Source: a virus
Strand: one strand, 5' to 3'
DNA: 64,000 nt
IMG/VR virus record: IMGVR_UViG_3300042890_002721
Span: 8,647 to 72,646 of that record
A model generated the notes under the pieces. It saw only the letters and a program-made list of their open reading frames with translations, made no database searches and was not told the origin of the DNA. This document shows positions 27,276 to 38,156 of the stretch, piece by piece. Numbering within the stretch: position 1 is the stretch's first letter; each line of letters starts with the position of its first letter. The position numbers and the translations under genes were made by a program.

Positions 27276-28487
27276 TTAAAGCGTGATTTTTATCGATAAT
27301 GCTAAAAATTCGTTTATATTTTTGTTTATTTGTCTATCAGTCTTAGCCATAGCTATTAAATTACCAAAAGAATCATATAACCCAACTTCACTAAATCTAG
27401 GGATATCACTACCAGTAAACGTAACGTTTGTAGATGCCCCAAATTCACCTCTAGCCGCAATACAATTAATGCTTTGATACACTGAAGTGGATACGCTATT
27501 AAAAGTGACTGTAGACGCTGTTGTTGCCCCCGTTAATACACCACCAATATTATTAACTATTGTTGGGTCTGTGATAACCAAGAATCCTTTATCTAAATAA
27601 GCGATACCAACTATAGTATCAGCTGTTTTAGCAATATTACTATTGGTTGTTAAATTATATAGTTGTTTACCATTACTACTGAAAGGTTTATCAGTGTTGT
27701 AACCAGTACCCCAACTTAAAGATGCATCACCACCATTTGGTTTCATGATTGAATCCGAAAATAACAAGGCTATATTATCACCTAAAAATTGTGTTGTTAA
27801 AGATGTGTCTCTAAGATTAGCATCTTCAATATTTAATGAACTACCTTTGTTTTCATAAGTACTATAAATATTATACGTACCAGCTGAGGTAGGTAAACTT
27901 AAATTAATAGTTTTTCCATCAATTAATTCACCATATGATACATTATTTATTCCCATAACTAGTATGTTTGATTGTGCAATACCAGAAAGTGCTGTATCTG
28001 AAAAACCACCATTACTAAATGTAACACCAGTATAATTTATATCTTCAGTTGAACCTAATGATAAACCGAATGAATAAAATAAATTAACCAATGGGTCTGT
28101 TGCATTGTTATTCCTATCGATTAAATTTTGTGTCAATGAAGTTCCAGAAACAGTTGTTACACCATTATATAAAACATCACTAATTATTTGTGTAGATTGA
28201 GTTTCAACTGGTTTTGTTAATGAACCAGTAGTATTAACAACCAATACACTTCTAAAATTAGTATTTGGGTTAGTTCCATTACCTAATGTTGAATTAGGTC
28301 CTATTTCACCACCTAAAGATGGGACTTGACCACTACCCAATGAGTTAACAGCATTGTAGTTAGCATCTGAATCACCAAGACTAAAACTAGTAATTAATGT
28401 ATTATTTGTTGAGACAAGTAATTGTCTACCTATTGGTGTTAACTTTGCTGTTAACGATATAGTTGTTGCTGTGTTATTAAATCCCAT
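27276..28487 (-). CDS. Virion structural (baseplate/tail) protein
   Basis: KLT..GRQ.L, FSLGDS, C-terminal SEVGLYD..GNLIA.AK; paralog of the next gene. Confidence 0.65.
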   Translation of the reverse strand: MGFNNTATTISLTAKLTPIGRQLLVSTNNTLITSFSLGDSDANYNAVNSLGSGQVPSLGGEIGPNSTLGNGTNPNTNFRSVLVVNTTGSLTKPVETQSTQIISDVLYNGVTTVSGTSLTQNLIDRNNNATDPLVNLFYSFGLSLGSTEDINYTGVTFSNGGFSDTALSGIAQSNILVMGINNVSYGELIDGKTINLSLPTSAGTYNIYSTYENKGSSLNIEDANLRDTSLTTQFLGDNIALLFSDSIMKPNGGDASLSWGTGYNTDKPFSSNGKQLYNLTTNSNIAKTADTIVGIAYLDKGFLVITDPTIVNNIGGVLTGATTASTVTFNSVSTSVYQSINCIAARGEFGASTNVTFTGSDIPRFSEVGLYDSFGNLIAMAKTDRQINKNINEFLALSIKITL

Positions 28488-28489
28488 GA

Positions 28490-30637
28490 TTAAAAATCCA
28501 TACTAAGTTCAATTGTTATTGTGTTTGATGCAAGAGTGATTGGTGTACTTACTTTACCAACACATACTAGATTTTTATCAGTATCATAAATACCAACTTC
28601 ACTAATCTTAATATTAGGTGGGTTAGTTGACATATCTTTACTTCTAGTTGGATTTGTAGTAGAGTTAAATGTTGATGAATTTACATTTACATTAAAAATT
28701 GTTTTATATATTGTAGCACCAATGTATGTATTTAAGTTTCCATAAAATAATCTTTCATCACCAAATTGTAATGCATCTGGTGTCATATTAGCAGCTAAAT
28801 TTAATAAACTGATAAGGTCAAAAGTAGTTGATGTCGCACCATTTATCATGTCTAAAACAAAACCAGTTGTTGATGGTACTTGACCTTCAAGTAATTTAGG
28901 GTCAATAGTTTCACCAGAAACACCAGTAATAGCTGTTGAGGTTAAATCAACTTGTTTCCATGAACCAGCATCTGGTCTAGTTGTTGAGTCTGGAATTATT
29001 TGGTATAATAATTTAAATTTCTTAGCGTAAAAACCGTAACCATCATATGTAGCCGATTCATATTTACGCATAAATGGTAATAAATCAGTTGAATTGATTT
29101 TAAATGCTACATCCTTAGCAGTATTTGATTCGTTTGTTAATTTTACATATTTCTGACAAGGCATACTAGAAGTTAAACCAGTTCCTATTTCATTTTCAAG
29201 GCTATAAGTTAAATAGATTGTACTGTTTATAGGTAAAATACCAGTAGAAGTACCACCAGAAGGTGAAGAAATCGTTGCAGATAATTCTGGAAGTGTCCAA
29301 TTTCTATTTGATTTGTAAGATGTAGCAGCCACTATCTCATCATCGTGTAAAACAATAGTTTTTAATTGTGGATATACTCTACCAACAACCATTGGTGTTG
29401 CTGAATTTGAAAGATATGAAGAATCCTCATATAAATCCATGTATTCAATATCACTAGTACCAATATATTGTGTCAGACCACTCGCTGTAAATTTCATACC
29501 CATTGTAGTACCACTTTCAGTTGCGTAAGCACTTCTATGATACATAAGGTCTGGCATAACAATACTAACCGTTTTACCATTTTGTGTATCTACATAGAAA
29601 AATTCACCATATAGGTTAGAAATAGTGTTATTAGTATAATGAATGATTGACACTGATTTACTAATATCATCTGGATAACTAATCCCAGGTCCATTACAAC
29701 TAAAAGATAATGTGGTAGCAGTGCTTTGACATAAATATTCTAAGTATGGGTTTTTCTCACCCAAATAAGTATAAGAACCAAATTTAGTGTAATTTTCATA
29801 CAATTTAGTTTTTGTTAAACCAGTTACACCAGCTAAATCTTCACACCAAACATTATTCATATTCCAAACTGGTACATCATGACATGTAATGTTTGAAGCT
29901 GAATCGAATGAAAGTGTTCCAGAATCCCAATATGCAGTTGTGTTTCCAGTAGCTATCGTATCATATACTTCACCACCTCTATAAACAAATACTTGTGAAT
30001 TACCAGTGAAACTAGAATAATTAGGTAAATTTCTATCGATAGTAATGTTATACATATCAATAATATCTTGTATTTTAAACCATAGATTTGGTAACGGTCT
30101 AGTATTCTCATCTGGTATTATAGTTCCAGAATAATCATTAGCTACCTTAATCAAAACTATATCACCAATTGTAAATGCCGATGTTGGTCCAATATTTAAA
30201 TTTGTTGTTCCATCTAATATTAAATTACTTATTAAATTAGTGAAAGCAACATAAGTTTCAGTAGATTTTGTTGTATAATTACCACCAGAATAAGTAAAAA
30301 AACCTCTTTCTTCAGCTTGATTATTTACAACAGCTTTTATAACATTTAAGTTAGTGTTAGTTAAATCTTGATAAGGTGTTGCTGCATTACTTGGAGTAAT
30401 ATACGATTTAAAATTTGGTTGTCTATCTAATGGTCTTAGTATTTTACTAGTTTCACTAAGTGTAGTATCACCAACATTAATTGCTGCATCTACGATAGCT
30501 TCTCTATTATAATTAAGTTCAGAATCACCGATAGCCCAATATGTAAAATTAAGTTTTCCTTGTGCTAACATTTCACGCCCAGTCTGAGTTAATTTAATAC
30601 TAACAAATGGATTTGTATTTTTTATTATATATGACAT
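28490..30637 (-). CDS. Virion structural (baseplate/tail) protein whose 5' end is duplicated upstream of the adjacent nuclease
   Basis: KLT..GRE.LA, WAIGDSE, ISEVGIYD....LV..GK. Confidence 0.7.
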   Translation of the reverse strand: MSYIIKNTNPFVSIKLTQTGREMLAQGKLNFTYWAIGDSELNYNREAIVDAAINVGDTTLSETSKILRPLDRQPNFKSYITPSNAATPYQDLTNTNLNVIKAVVNNQAEERGFFTYSGGNYTTKSTETYVAFTNLISNLILDGTTNLNIGPTSAFTIGDIVLIKVANDYSGTIIPDENTRPLPNLWFKIQDIIDMYNITIDRNLPNYSSFTGNSQVFVYRGGEVYDTIATGNTTAYWDSGTLSFDSASNITCHDVPVWNMNNVWCEDLAGVTGLTKTKLYENYTKFGSYTYLGEKNPYLEYLCQSTATTLSFSCNGPGISYPDDISKSVSIIHYTNNTISNLYGEFFYVDTQNGKTVSIVMPDLMYHRSAYATESGTTMGMKFTASGLTQYIGTSDIEYMDLYEDSSYLSNSATPMVVGRVYPQLKTIVLHDDEIVAATSYKSNRNWTLPELSATISSPSGGTSTGILPINSTIYLTYSLENEIGTGLTSSMPCQKYVKLTNESNTAKDVAFKINSTDLLPFMRKYESATYDGYGFYAKKFKLLYQIIPDSTTRPDAGSWKQVDLTSTAITGVSGETIDPKLLEGQVPSTTGFVLDMINGATSTTFDLISLLNLAANMTPDALQFGDERLFYGNLNTYIGATIYKTIFNVNVNSSTFNSTTNPTRSKDMSTNPPNIKISEVGIYDTDKNLVCVGKVSTPITLASNTITIELSMDF

Positions 30638-31512
30638 AAGTTTTCTTTTAATTTATTTTTTATTTTTTCTTTATATGAAATTCTAATTAATTTTATCTTA
30701 TTTTCAAGACAAAACTTATTTTTTATATTATCTTTTTTTTCTTGGTCAATTAAACCATTAACACCACCCCATCTATCAATTATTTCAAAATGTTGTCTAC
30801 CATCATATTCAATACATATATCCAACTCTGGGAGGTAAAAATCAAATGGTAATGGGTATTTATCCCTACAACCACTAAAAACATATTGTTGTATGTGTTT
30901 AATTTTATAATCTTCTAAAATAACCCTTATCTCACGCTCACCTTTTGATTCTTTACATAATAAACAACCATGACCTTTAATATGTTTATCTGAAGATTGT
31001 TCAAATTCACCATGGATAGGACAAATTATTTTTATCTTTTTAAACGAACCTTTATAATTCACTAATGAATAATCATATTTATTACCGTGTTTTTCTTTAA
31101 CTTTATTAATATATTCTTCACTGTTTAATTGTCTACCAGAACACTTTAAACAACCATGACCCTTTAAATGACTATTTGGTTCTTGTTCAAACGTGCCATG
31201 AACTGAGCATATTATTTTAACTTTTGTTTTATTATTTTTGTAGTCAACTAAAGAATAATCGTATTTGTTGTTATGTAAATTAACTGATTCTTTTATAAAA
31301 GATTCGGTTGTTTTATTAACACCAGAACACTTTAAACAACCATAACCCCTTAAATGACTATTTGGTTCTTGTTCAAATATATCGTGAGTTGGACATGTTA
31401 TTTTTATTTTTGTTTTATTATTTTTGTAGTCAACTAAAGAATAATCGTATTTGTTGTTATGAATTAATTTTGCTTTTTCAATAAACGTTTCATTTGTTAA
31501 TTTTTTACTCAT
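30625..31512 (-). mobile_element. Zinc-finger-repeat (DUF723-like) plus Vsr/EDxHD-type endonuclease, putative homing endonuclease
   Basis: 3x KYDYSLV.Y...K.KI.C..H..FEQ....H..G.GC..C; ESKGE, LPFDFYLP, IEYDG.QH; likely true start MSKKLT at 31512. Confidence 0.85.
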
Positions 31513-31551
31513 ATTTTTATTTACTAATAAATATACACGAAACCAGAAAAG

Positions 31552-31626
31552 TGCTAATTGTTCACGACCTTTCTCCGTTAATTTAATACTAACGAATGGA
31601 TTTGTATTTTTTATAATGTAACTCAT
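31552..31626 (-). pseudogene. Stranded duplicate 5' end of gene 28490-30637, in frame with the nuclease
   Basis: MSYIIKNTNPFVSIKLTEKGREQLA versus expressed MSYIIKNTNPFVSIKLTQTGREMLA. Confidence 0.93.
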
Positions 31627-31683
31627 ATGTTATAAATATGTTTTTATCTTATTTTAGTTATAAATATTCAATAGTAAATAATA

Positions 31684-33111
31684 TTAGTACGAATTTATTG
31701 AATTCGTTTGTATTATAATTGGTATTATTTCACTATATGTAGTATCATTGATTATATCACCACATATAGTTTTATAATTTTTACTATTCTTGACTCTATA
31801 GTATAGTGTAGTTCCAACAGTACCCGTTGCTGTAAATGTATCGTTATAAGCTGGATGACCAACAATATAAGGTGTGTTACCACTATAATATAAATTACTA
31901 AATGTTTTACCACTACTTACTTCCAATGAGAAAAACCCATTATTTAATTCTGGTGCTGTTTTTAATGTCCATGACACTAATGGTCTGTTTGTGTAAATAC
32001 CATTTACAACGTTTGTTTTAGCGTAATATGCTAATGTAATTATATCATCCAATAATAAATCCCCTTCTAGTATAATTCTATTTGGATTTGTTGTTGATTG
32101 ATAATAATCAATACCATTCGCTAATGTAGCACCATTTATCATAACAATCATCGTGTTAGTTTCTGTAGGTGTTACATTCGTATAAATTTCGTACTTATCA
32201 GTTTCAGAATTATAATATGCTCTATTGGTACCTTCACCATTTGTTGAACCACTAACAATTGGGACCGATATGAATATCGTATCACCTTGTAAGTTATTAG
32301 CAACACCATCAGTACCAGAAATAATCGTTATTATGTCATCTGAGACTGTTTCACCAGAAAGTGTTATGATATCACCATTAACTACATAATCGTAGTTTTT
32401 AGCCAATATTAGACCGTTAAGAGTTATTAACACATTGCCAACAATTGTTGTAGGTATTACAATATTTGTTATTTTAGCTTCTGGGAATATTATTAATTGA
32501 TTTATCCCTTTAGCTGGGATAACATTATCCGTTGTTGTTTGGAATATTGGAACTTCAGCTGCTTTTATAGCTCTAAAGAAAAAGTCATCATTTCCATCAT
32601 ATAACCCATATTCAGAACCACTTCTATATAGTAATGTATCCACAGTTTTACCTAATTTATTCATATATTCACTAGAAACATTGAATTCAAAATATCCTTT
32701 AACTAAGTATTCACCATCCAAAGATAAACCACTTAATGGTATTATTTGAGTTGTCGCACTTGTTGCACTAAAACCAGAATATTGTAATACTTCAGATTTA
32801 TACATAGGTGGAATGTAGAACATTTCAGCATCCGTATTATATTTATATATTTCATATTTGAATGTAGCTGAATTTGCTGTGAATGAATTGGTATTGGCTG
32901 TAAATTGGAAAGTTAATGGTATTGTTGTTGCTGTAGTTATAACATATGTTGTACCAGTATTTCTGCTGCAATCGATTTTTGAAGCACCACTTAAATTAAA
33001 CATTGGGTTTTCGAAAACAGAAATATCTGAACTCATATTAACATTCAATATATCCCTATTTCTAACAGCACCGTTATCATTTTGTATGTATATTCTCTCT
33101 TGGTATCTCAT
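31684..33111 (-). CDS. Virion structural protein with repeated beta domains
   Basis: Two V..NG..LA...DY.......I.L....D.IT repeats; structural block context. Confidence 0.65.
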   Translation of the reverse strand: MRYQERIYIQNDNGAVRNRDILNVNMSSDISVFENPMFNLSGASKIDCSRNTGTTYVITTATTIPLTFQFTANTNSFTANSATFKYEIYKYNTDAEMFYIPPMYKSEVLQYSGFSATSATTQIIPLSGLSLDGEYLVKGYFEFNVSSEYMNKLGKTVDTLLYRSGSEYGLYDGNDDFFFRAIKAAEVPIFQTTTDNVIPAKGINQLIIFPEAKITNIVIPTTIVGNVLITLNGLILAKNYDYVVNGDIITLSGETVSDDIITIISGTDGVANNLQGDTIFISVPIVSGSTNGEGTNRAYYNSETDKYEIYTNVTPTETNTMIVMINGATLANGIDYYQSTTNPNRIILEGDLLLDDIITLAYYAKTNVVNGIYTNRPLVSWTLKTAPELNNGFFSLEVSSGKTFSNLYYSGNTPYIVGHPAYNDTFTATGTVGTTLYYRVKNSKNYKTICGDIINDTTYSEIIPIIIQTNSINSY

Positions 33112-33359
33112 TAGTAGCTTATTTCTAGTGTTACCATTGGTAAATTATAATTATATTTATTTTTCAATCCAAAAGTAATTGGAATGGTTAACGCTTCAGT
33201 ATATTCTGCTCTAGTTAAATTTTGTAAAATTGCTATAAAACCATTCATAGATATATAGTCTTCTAATTGTACTTCACCAGTAATAGATTTAACCAACACA
33301 ACCTCACCAACTGGAGTTGTATGTATTTCACCTTGTATATTTCTTATTAATTGTGGCAT
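33111..33359 (-). CDS. Small structural-block protein
   Basis: ORF coupled to the next gene; TATTTATA at 33363-33370. Confidence 0.6.
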   Translation of the reverse strand: MPQLIRNIQGEIHTTPVGEVVLVKSITGEVQLEDYISMNGFIAILQNLTRAEYTEALTIPITFGLKNKYNYNLPMVTLEISY

Positions 33360-33387
33360 ATCTATAAATATGTTTTTTTAACTATTA

Positions 33388-34410
33388 TTATTGGTTATTT
33401 TGAATTATCTCAATTGTACCCAAGTATTCTGAACCATTATCTATTTTTTTAATATAAACACCAGTACATTTTTGTGTGTTAACATTACCTAATACTTTTA
33501 AATCAACACCAACATTGGTGTCTATTCCGATATATTCAACATCATTTTTTGGTTTAATACATGTATATAAATTACTTTTTTTATAAGCAAATTTTTGTTG
33601 GTCAAATATTGTATTCCCATAAATCTTAACACTACCCCATATCGTAGTTGCTGGTACAACTTGTTCAACAATATCAACCCAATATGAATCAATTAAATGT
33701 GAAAACTCATCCATATTAACATAATCAAAAGCTGAACTAGTTGTTGGACAATATTCTGAACTATTAGTATATCTATCGTATAATGCTCTAAGTGTTGGAT
33801 AACCAGATAAAACCTTTCTAGATTTAGCATCTATTAATTCAGAAGTTAAATAATATTCGAAATCTTCAATTGTTGTAACTGCTGATAATGGTTGTGTCAT
33901 TAATAAATTAAAATCAACTGATTCATCACCATTACAACAATCATCTATATTGTCAGATAAATAACCTAATCTACCATTTCTAGACATACATTTACTAGTC
34001 TTTTTATCCCAATAAACACTAGGGAATGACTTATTTAAATAATTTGTATTTGTATAAACTTCAGTATTTGCTGGATAACCAATATAAAAATAAGAATCAA
34101 AATATGATGTTGGAACTGATGGGAATTGTTCAATACCACTTTTCATAGCATTTGTTACATCATTTCTCATTTCATTAAACTTATTATTCATTACATTACA
34201 TGAAGTTTCGGTTATTTGACTTGTAAAATTCTGTATATCATATGTACTACCAGTAAAATTACTAGAACTGTAGTAAACACCAAATGTTCCATCTGGATTA
34301 TTTGTGTAAATATAATTACCAAATTCATAATGACTATACCAACCATCACCAATTCCAGTAATCATTGCCGCACTTATATCACCATAGTAACTATTATCGT
34401 AAAAATACAT
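33388..34410 (-). CDS. Virion structural protein (baseplate wedge-like)
   Basis: LIDAKSRK..YPTLR.LY, YW..IVEQ.VPATTIW..G...GNTIFD.QKF.Y. Confidence 0.6.
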   Translation of the reverse strand: MYFYDNSYYGDISAAMITGIGDGWYSHYEFGNYIYTNNPDGTFGVYYSSSNFTGSTYDIQNFTSQITETSCNVMNNKFNEMRNDVTNAMKSGIEQFPSVPTSYFDSYFYIGYPANTEVYTNTNYLNKSFPSVYWDKKTSKCMSRNGRLGYLSDNIDDCCNGDESVDFNLLMTQPLSAVTTIEDFEYYLTSELIDAKSRKVLSGYPTLRALYDRYTNSSEYCPTTSSAFDYVNMDEFSHLIDSYWVDIVEQVVPATTIWGSVKIYGNTIFDQQKFAYKKSNLYTCIKPKNDVEYIGIDTNVGVDLKVLGNVNTQKCTGVYIKKIDNGSEYLGTIEIIQNNQ

Positions 34411-34436
34411 ATATCTATTTTATTTATTTATTATCA

Positions 34437-37400
34437 TTATCCATTAATATACAAACCATTTCTTGTAATCAATGTTAACACGTAATCTCTAGCAGCTAAA
34501 AATTCTTGTTTTTTATTTTCAATACTTCCAATAGCATCATTCACATCAAAAGTTTGAGTTGATGCAGTGGTTGGAAATTTAATCAATTTATTACCATCTT
34601 TTAAATTAAAATCATTGTTTGTTGCATAATAAGTATTACCAGATGTATCTATAATATCTAAATGTACATAATAATTATCATTAAAATCAATAGCATCCAC
34701 AGTATTATTCCCAGAATCAAAAAACGGCATACCAGAAGTACTACCAGTGATATATGTTCCAAAAGGTATTTCATTATCATTTGTTGAATAATCAGATGCT
34801 AATGGGTTTGTATTATATTGAAAACCATTTGTATCAGCAACACCAATTGGTATATTAAGACGAGATAACCCACGAATTGAAGTACTACTAACATAAGGTA
34901 ACCCTAAACCAGATGATGAAGGGTCGTTAAGTCTATATTCTTCTTGATAAACAATTGGACCATTTATCGAACCTTTTCTTATTGTTGTGGTAACATCAAT
35001 TGGGATATAATCATAAGTTAACCCGTTGAATGGTTCTAATGGTCTATTACCGTTTATGTCTTGTATAGCTGTTAAATATAATCTTTTTTTTGATTGGGAG
35101 ATTTCAATACCCATTATATTATTAACATTTCGATATTCTCTAACCCTAGTATTCATATTACTATATTTAATACCTAAATCATTGTCTCTTATATCTATAG
35201 TTACATTATCTAATGTTAAAGTACATATTTTATTTATCGTTATCGTATCAATTGTTTTTGACACAACACTAGCACCAAATGTTATTCCATCACCATAAAC
35301 ATAATTACCAAAAGACACCATTGATGTATCAGAGACACCGCTAATTACATAATTACCACCACTTAAAAATGTTGTTATACCAGTTATTGTAGTTATTAAA
35401 TTAGATTGAATACTAAAATTATAAGTTATATCACCAGAAAAATCAGCAACACATTGATTATAATCATTACCATTAATAGCGTAATATTTACAAAAGGTAA
35501 TATAATCTTGTTTTAAAAAATTAACACTAAAAGCTTCTGGTATTGCATCCTTATTTTTAGCCATACATTTTCTTTTGGTTGAATCCCATTGAACCGTAAA
35601 TAAATCACGATAATCAAATAAATTACCATTTCCTTTTGTATTTACATTATCATTTACAACATAATTATTATAATTAAATGCATAAGCGGTATAATCATTT
35701 ATGTAACCACCAATTACTGAACAAAATAATTGTGGTGTACCACTATAAGCTTTAATTTGATTAGGGTTACCTTCATTTATATAACTATTTAAACTAACTA
35801 AAACATTTGTAGGTTCTAATGTAGCTGTTATATCTTGGATATAAACTTCTAATTCATCATTATTGTTAGATAAAAAATAAATAAAAACATCAGATGAGTT
35901 AATAATCATCAAATCACCACAATCACATTTAAGTATTCGAGGTGTTGGTTCGTCTAAATATTGGTATTCATTAGGTTTTGGTGTTACACCAAAAATATAT
36001 GCTGGTTGGCTAAACGATACCTCACGATTAGCTTTATTATAAGCATTTTCAGTAGCAATACGCACTGCATCTAAATCTGGATTAAGGAAAACATTATAAG
36101 GGCTATCTTTAACCGTAAAATAAACATTTGCCGCTAAATCCCTTTCGTTCATTGATTTTAACCATTGGTTTCTATGTTGTCTAATTGTAGTGTATATATC
36201 CTCTAAATCACCATAATTAGAATCCTTATAATCTATAATATTGAAACTACTTTTAAAACATGGTAATATTGGACAAGGACAATTATTTGTTTGAGTTAAA
36301 GCTGATAATAAACATGGGTTATCAGCAATATAACACCAAACATCTGTTTCTATAGCGGATGCAATGCTTATATCTAAATCAATTTCTTTTGTGTTTATTA
36401 TAAGTCTTTCATCATTTACATCATAATCAGTTTGTCTAATAGGGTTTGTTGATACATTATTTTTAATGTTAAATGTTCTATTTGTAAATGTTGTATTAGC
36501 AATCCATGATTTTTTATTATCAATTATTCTTTCTAATTCAAAACTAGGTGGTTTACTTATAAACATTTTATTATCAGATACACGTGTACATGATTTATCC
36601 AAATGTATGTTATCAATCAACACACAAAAATCTGAACACGAATTATTTATCTTGATACTTAATTTAATCTTTTTATTTGCGATAGAATTAATAATTGTTG
36701 GGTCTGATACAATTGTTTCATGATGTAACCATTTTGAACTAAATGAATTACCACTTAATGAATTATTAAATAATGTTATATCAGATAACCCAGACTCAAT
36801 AAATAAATCATCAATTAAATTTTCTCTTAATTCACTACATGAAAAAACATTATCTAATGAATTTATATCCATTGGAGTACAACCAGTTATACCTATAATA
36901 ACTTCATTCCTATCTGGTTCACCACAAACTAAAAACCCAGTATCAATATTATTGATTAAATAAGAATATAGATTACCAATACCTATTGGTGATAATAATG
37001 AATAAGTTGCAACTGTTGTTAAAGTATTATTCAATACAGCATCTAAAGTTATTTCAACATCTAGTGTCTCAAAAACATCGATTGGTTTTGTACATGTAGA
37101 TGAAGATAATGTTGTTATACTAATTAACGTAGTGTTTAAGTTATTTAATGTAGTGATACATTGTGTTTGTTGACTAATAAAAGATTCTAAATCTATTAAT
37201 AATTGTGTTTTAGTTCCAAATGGTGTTGTACACGCAAATGCTAATATTGGTTGTTGAACATTATTAGCATTGTTTAAAGAAATAATACTAGCATTTTGGT
37301 TGGCTAATATTTCAAAATCAGTACATGAATATGATGTTGCATCCCCATTTATAAATCTATTATATCTATTACCTAATATTGTTGACCATGCAGCTAACCC

Positions 37401-38105
37401 TTCTTCTGTTAAACATAATATTTGTTTACCACTACTATATGATGGTGAAAAGTATTGGAAAGGAATCGCACTATTAAAACCAGTATTTTTAAATGGAGAT
37501 AGTAATGATTGTGATGATTGTGGGTTTATTTTTAATATTGGTTTAATAACTGTTGTTACACATTCAATACTATAACTAGTTTGACTAATCACTCGATTTA
37601 ATTCAGTTATATGTTTAGATATAGTTTCACATAAAGACTCTTGTTCTAATATTTGGTTTTCAATATTTTTAATATCTTGACTAATAGAAATTTGTTGGTT
37701 TGATTGGTTTGATTGGTTTAATACTTCTGTAAGTGATTCACAATTAATTTTAAATAAATAATCAAAACTAATTTTTAAGTCACAAACTTCATTACTATCA
37801 TCAACATAAAATATAGTACCATCATTACCATATGGATTTATAGTTACTTTTAAGTTATCAATTAAACAATTTTCAGAAATAGGTTTCCATCTACATTTTT
37901 GAGAATCAATGTCAAATACATAATTTTTAGTGGAATCAAAAGTTTCACAGCACATTTTATTTAAAAAAAATGGCCCATTAGGTGTGTATACTGATACGGT
38001 ACCATCTGTATTTTCAACAACAGAACCGTTAATATCTTGTATATCATTTAGTGTTAAACATCTAGAGTAAATGTTTGATGCTCCACTTCCGTAAAAATAA
38101 CCCAT
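34437..38105 (-). CDS. Large virion structural protein
   Basis: 1222 aa, N/T/S/C-rich, structural block context. Confidence 0.65.
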   Translation of the reverse strand: MGYFYGSGASNIYSRCLTLNDIQDINGSVVENTDGTVSVYTPNGPFFLNKMCCETFDSTKNYVFDIDSQKCRWKPISENCLIDNLKVTINPYGNDGTIFYVDDSNEVCDLKISFDYLFKINCESLTEVLNQSNQSNQQISISQDIKNIENQILEQESLCETISKHITELNRVISQTSYSIECVTTVIKPILKINPQSSQSLLSPFKNTGFNSAIPFQYFSPSYSSGKQILCLTEEGLAAWSTILGNRYNRFINGDATSYSCTDFEILANQNASIISLNNANNVQQPILAFACTTPFGTKTQLLIDLESFISQQTQCITTLNNLNTTLISITTLSSSTCTKPIDVFETLDVEITLDAVLNNTLTTVATYSLLSPIGIGNLYSYLINNIDTGFLVCGEPDRNEVIIGITGCTPMDINSLDNVFSCSELRENLIDDLFIESGLSDITLFNNSLSGNSFSSKWLHHETIVSDPTIINSIANKKIKLSIKINNSCSDFCVLIDNIHLDKSCTRVSDNKMFISKPPSFELERIIDNKKSWIANTTFTNRTFNIKNNVSTNPIRQTDYDVNDERLIINTKEIDLDISIASAIETDVWCYIADNPCLLSALTQTNNCPCPILPCFKSSFNIIDYKDSNYGDLEDIYTTIRQHRNQWLKSMNERDLAANVYFTVKDSPYNVFLNPDLDAVRIATENAYNKANREVSFSQPAYIFGVTPKPNEYQYLDEPTPRILKCDCGDLMIINSSDVFIYFLSNNNDELEVYIQDITATLEPTNVLVSLNSYINEGNPNQIKAYSGTPQLFCSVIGGYINDYTAYAFNYNNYVVNDNVNTKGNGNLFDYRDLFTVQWDSTKRKCMAKNKDAIPEAFSVNFLKQDYITFCKYYAINGNDYNQCVADFSGDITYNFSIQSNLITTITGITTFLSGGNYVISGVSDTSMVSFGNYVYGDGITFGASVVSKTIDTITINKICTLTLDNVTIDIRDNDLGIKYSNMNTRVREYRNVNNIMGIEISQSKKRLYLTAIQDINGNRPLEPFNGLTYDYIPIDVTTTIRKGSINGPIVYQEEYRLNDPSSSGLGLPYVSSTSIRGLSRLNIPIGVADTNGFQYNTNPLASDYSTNDNEIPFGTYITGSTSGMPFFDSGNNTVDAIDFNDNYYVHLDIIDTSGNTYYATNNDFNLKDGNKLIKFPTTASTQTFDVNDAIGSIENKKQEFLAARDYVLTLITRNGLYING

Positions 38106-38156
38106 TATAACTTAATTTTTTTATATAAATACTTTAATTTTTTTTTTATTTATTAA

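Noticed and set aside
37692-37719. Short 9-bp tandem repeat (NQSNQSNQQ)
   Set aside because: Ordinary in-frame slippage in a low-complexity linker.
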